From assembly GCF_006345805.1 (NCBI RefSeq), contig NW_021827367.1, positions 1 through 10,700 on the forward strand: a stretch of DNA of 10,700 bases, written 5' to 3'. Shown here piece by piece: positions 9,338 to 10,700 of this stretch; position 1 is the stretch's first letter; the number at the start of each line of letters is the position of its first letter. The notes beneath the pieces were generated by a model. The model was not told the DNA's origin. It worked only from the letters and a program-made list of their open reading frames with translations, and searched no databases. This stretch comes from Octopus sinensis (lineage: Eukaryota). A program made the translations under genes and the position numbers.

Positions 9338-9770
9338 CACAAACATGCAGGAAGTAAATAGACACCTTTAATCTCAAATTAGCTGATCTAGGCGTCTTAA
9401 TATGTTTTCAGCAGTGTAGAATTTACAATCTAATTATTCTTTTTCATTCCAGGTGCCATTATATTAAACATTTGAGAAGAGTAACCATGCCACGCAAAGA
9501 AAAAATAATTCAGCAGAACTGTCAGATTTTCAAACAGGTCGTATTGCTGGGCAATTTGAGGCTGGTCTCAGCCAGCGAAAACTTGCCGAAAATCTTCAAA
9601 TTCCTCTTGCTACTGTTAATAAAATTATAGTGCAATTCAAAAGCCAAGGAAAAGAATCAACAGATTCTCGTCCGGCCAACCTGGGACCTCGGAAATGAAG
9701 CTTCGCTGTTTGAAGAGAATTGTGGAAAAGGAACAATTCTGACATTGCAAAACAGCTAGAAGTTAGTCCA
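9338..9770 (+). mobile_element. 5' fragment of a Tc1-like transposon (copy B), related to copy A
   Basis: Starts after TA (9336-9337). 9343-9369 matches the copy A TIR region 4396-4422 at 23/27. Followed by a transposase N-terminus and truncated at the LINE junction. Confidence 0.8.
9487..9770 (+). pseudogene. Tc1 transposase N-terminal HTH fragment, frameshifted
   Basis: MPRKEK / ELSDFQTGRIAGQFEAGLSQRKLAENLQIPLATVNKIIVQFKSQGKESTDSRP / ...SDIAKQLEVSP, homologous to copy A segments GRIEGQSEGGYSQ and SDIAERIDISP. Confidence 0.8.
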
Positions 9771-10012
9771 GTGTATGTAGGTTCCAACTCTGTCATGTCT
9801 GTGAATATATTCCTTCTTAGCCAGGACTGGGCAGCCAGAGATAATATGATTTATTGTTTGTTGTCCATCTCCACATATTCTGCAGTTACTTGTTATATTT
9901 TTTTCATTACATGTTTTTGGTAATTTATGGTGGGGAAGCTTTGATCTTGTGCTGCAATTAAAAATCCCTCTGTCTCTGCTTTGAGTCCTGAGCTTCTCAA
10001 CCATTGCTGGGA
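9767..10012 (-). mobile_element. R4/Dong-clade non-LTR retrotransposon fragment with CCHC zinc knuckle
   Basis: SQQWLRSSGLKAETEGFLIAAQDQSFPTINYQKHVMK, a 1-nt frameshift in an A run, then NITSNCRICGDGQQTINHIISGCPVLAKKEYIHRHDRVGTYIHW. Contains C-X2-C-X8-H-X4-C plus RHD, typical of RLE-type LINEs. Confidence 0.9.
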
Positions 10013-10015
10013 TTA

Positions 10016-10020
<5 letters not shown>

Positions 10021-10104
<84 letters not shown>
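10021..10104. repeat. (ATT)n microsatellite, about 28 perfect units
   Basis: Read directly from the sequence; reads (AAT)n on the LINE sense strand. Confidence 0.98.
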
Positions 10105-10134
10105 TCTTCGTAACACAGTGTAGTGTAACAGGTG

Positions 10135-10272
10135 TACATTATTTACACTCGATGAATATTTGTCTTCAACTTGTTTGTTGTTGAGGACAAATATCCGTCG
10201 AATGTAAATAATGTAAATAATATAAATAATGTAAATAATGTACATAACTCCTCATCTCTTAAATATAGAACT
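10135..10272. repeat. Fold-back repeat with 36-bp inverted arms and a 9-bp tandem array
   Basis: Arms 10135-10170 and 10180-10215 are complementary at 32/36 with a 9-nt loop. Five copies of aatgtaaat-like units at 10201-10245. Confidence 0.85.
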
Positions 10273-10700
10273 ATGAACCGGAGTGTTTAGTCATCTGTCA
10301 AGACACAACAAGGACCTCAGACAGATAATACTTTCCTTAAGATGTACGCTGTGCCTAGTAAGGCTGCTTTTTGCAAGACATCAATCTTGCATAGGATTTC
10401 CTGTTGCCTTGAGAAGCCTTGAAGTTTCAATGGGATTGAGCTCAACGCTCCGATCGCCACTGTTATCACTTTTACATTACCCTCTTGCATTCAATAGTCT
10501 TGCCATTTCCGCATTCAATTCAGAGTACTTGGTGATTTTTTCAACCTCCTTACTCACAGTATTTATGTCATTTGGTACGGCTACATCAATGATCTGACCG
10601 TATTTGTCTCTCATATTCAATATGACAATATCCGACCGACGGTGTTCGATTAGACGATCCGTCTGGAAAGCATAGTCCCAGAGTATTGTTGCTTTTTCAT
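10273..10700 (-). mobile_element. R4/Dong-clade LINE 3' end: restriction-like endonuclease domain, C-terminus and short 3'UTR (continues past the window)
   Basis: EKATILWDYAFQTDRLIEHRRSDIVILNMRDKYGQIIDVAVPNDINTVSKEVEKITKYSELNAEMARL, a frameshift, then NVKVITVAIGALSSIP...LQKAALLGTAYILRKVLSV* (stop 10317-10319). PD-(D/E)xK-like RLE motifs with RPD mutated to RSD. Confidence 0.9.

Noticed and set aside
4391-9770. Idea that Tc1 copies A and B are two halves of one split or inverted element
   Set aside because: Copy A has both TIRs and its own N-terminus, and the overlapping protein segments are clearly diverged, so they are separate insertions.
9756-10245. Poly-Ile, poly-Tyr and poly-Asn ORFs, including an apparent poly-Ile zinc-knuckle fusion protein
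   Set aside because: Caused by the (ATT)n microsatellite reading into a frameshifted LINE fragment.
10283-10597. 104-aa plus-strand ORF
   Set aside because: Antisense to the LINE endonuclease domain.

Overview
AT-rich, non-coding eukaryotic DNA made almost entirely of decayed transposable elements and microsatellites. From memory the repeats resemble octopus (cephalopod) genomic repeats; I could not verify this by search. I found no intact host CDS, no RNA gene and no CRISPR array. Supported elements: (1) a near full-length maT/DD37D mariner-like transposon (959-2165, -); (2) a near full-length Tc1/DD34E transposon (~4391-5577, -); (3) a 5' fragment of a related Tc1 (9338-9770, +); (4) two tRNA-derived SINEs with target-site duplications that share a ~197-bp head but have different 3' halves (3103-3496 and 6997-7290, both -); (5) several SINE fragments; (6) a probable Penelope-type pseudo-LTR with a minimal hammerhead-ribozyme-like motif (2881-2916, -); (7) two R4/Dong-clade LINE fragments, a CCHC knuckle and a restriction-like endonuclease with C-terminus, on either side of an (AAT)n tract. 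The most interesting observations are the hammerhead-like motif, a splice donor in the TIR plus an acceptor just before the ATG in all three DNA transposons (possible 5'UTR intron or exon trap), SINE module swapping, and a perfect 38-bp ectopic copy of the Tc1 start region. None of this establishes a new biological system; these are testable leads.
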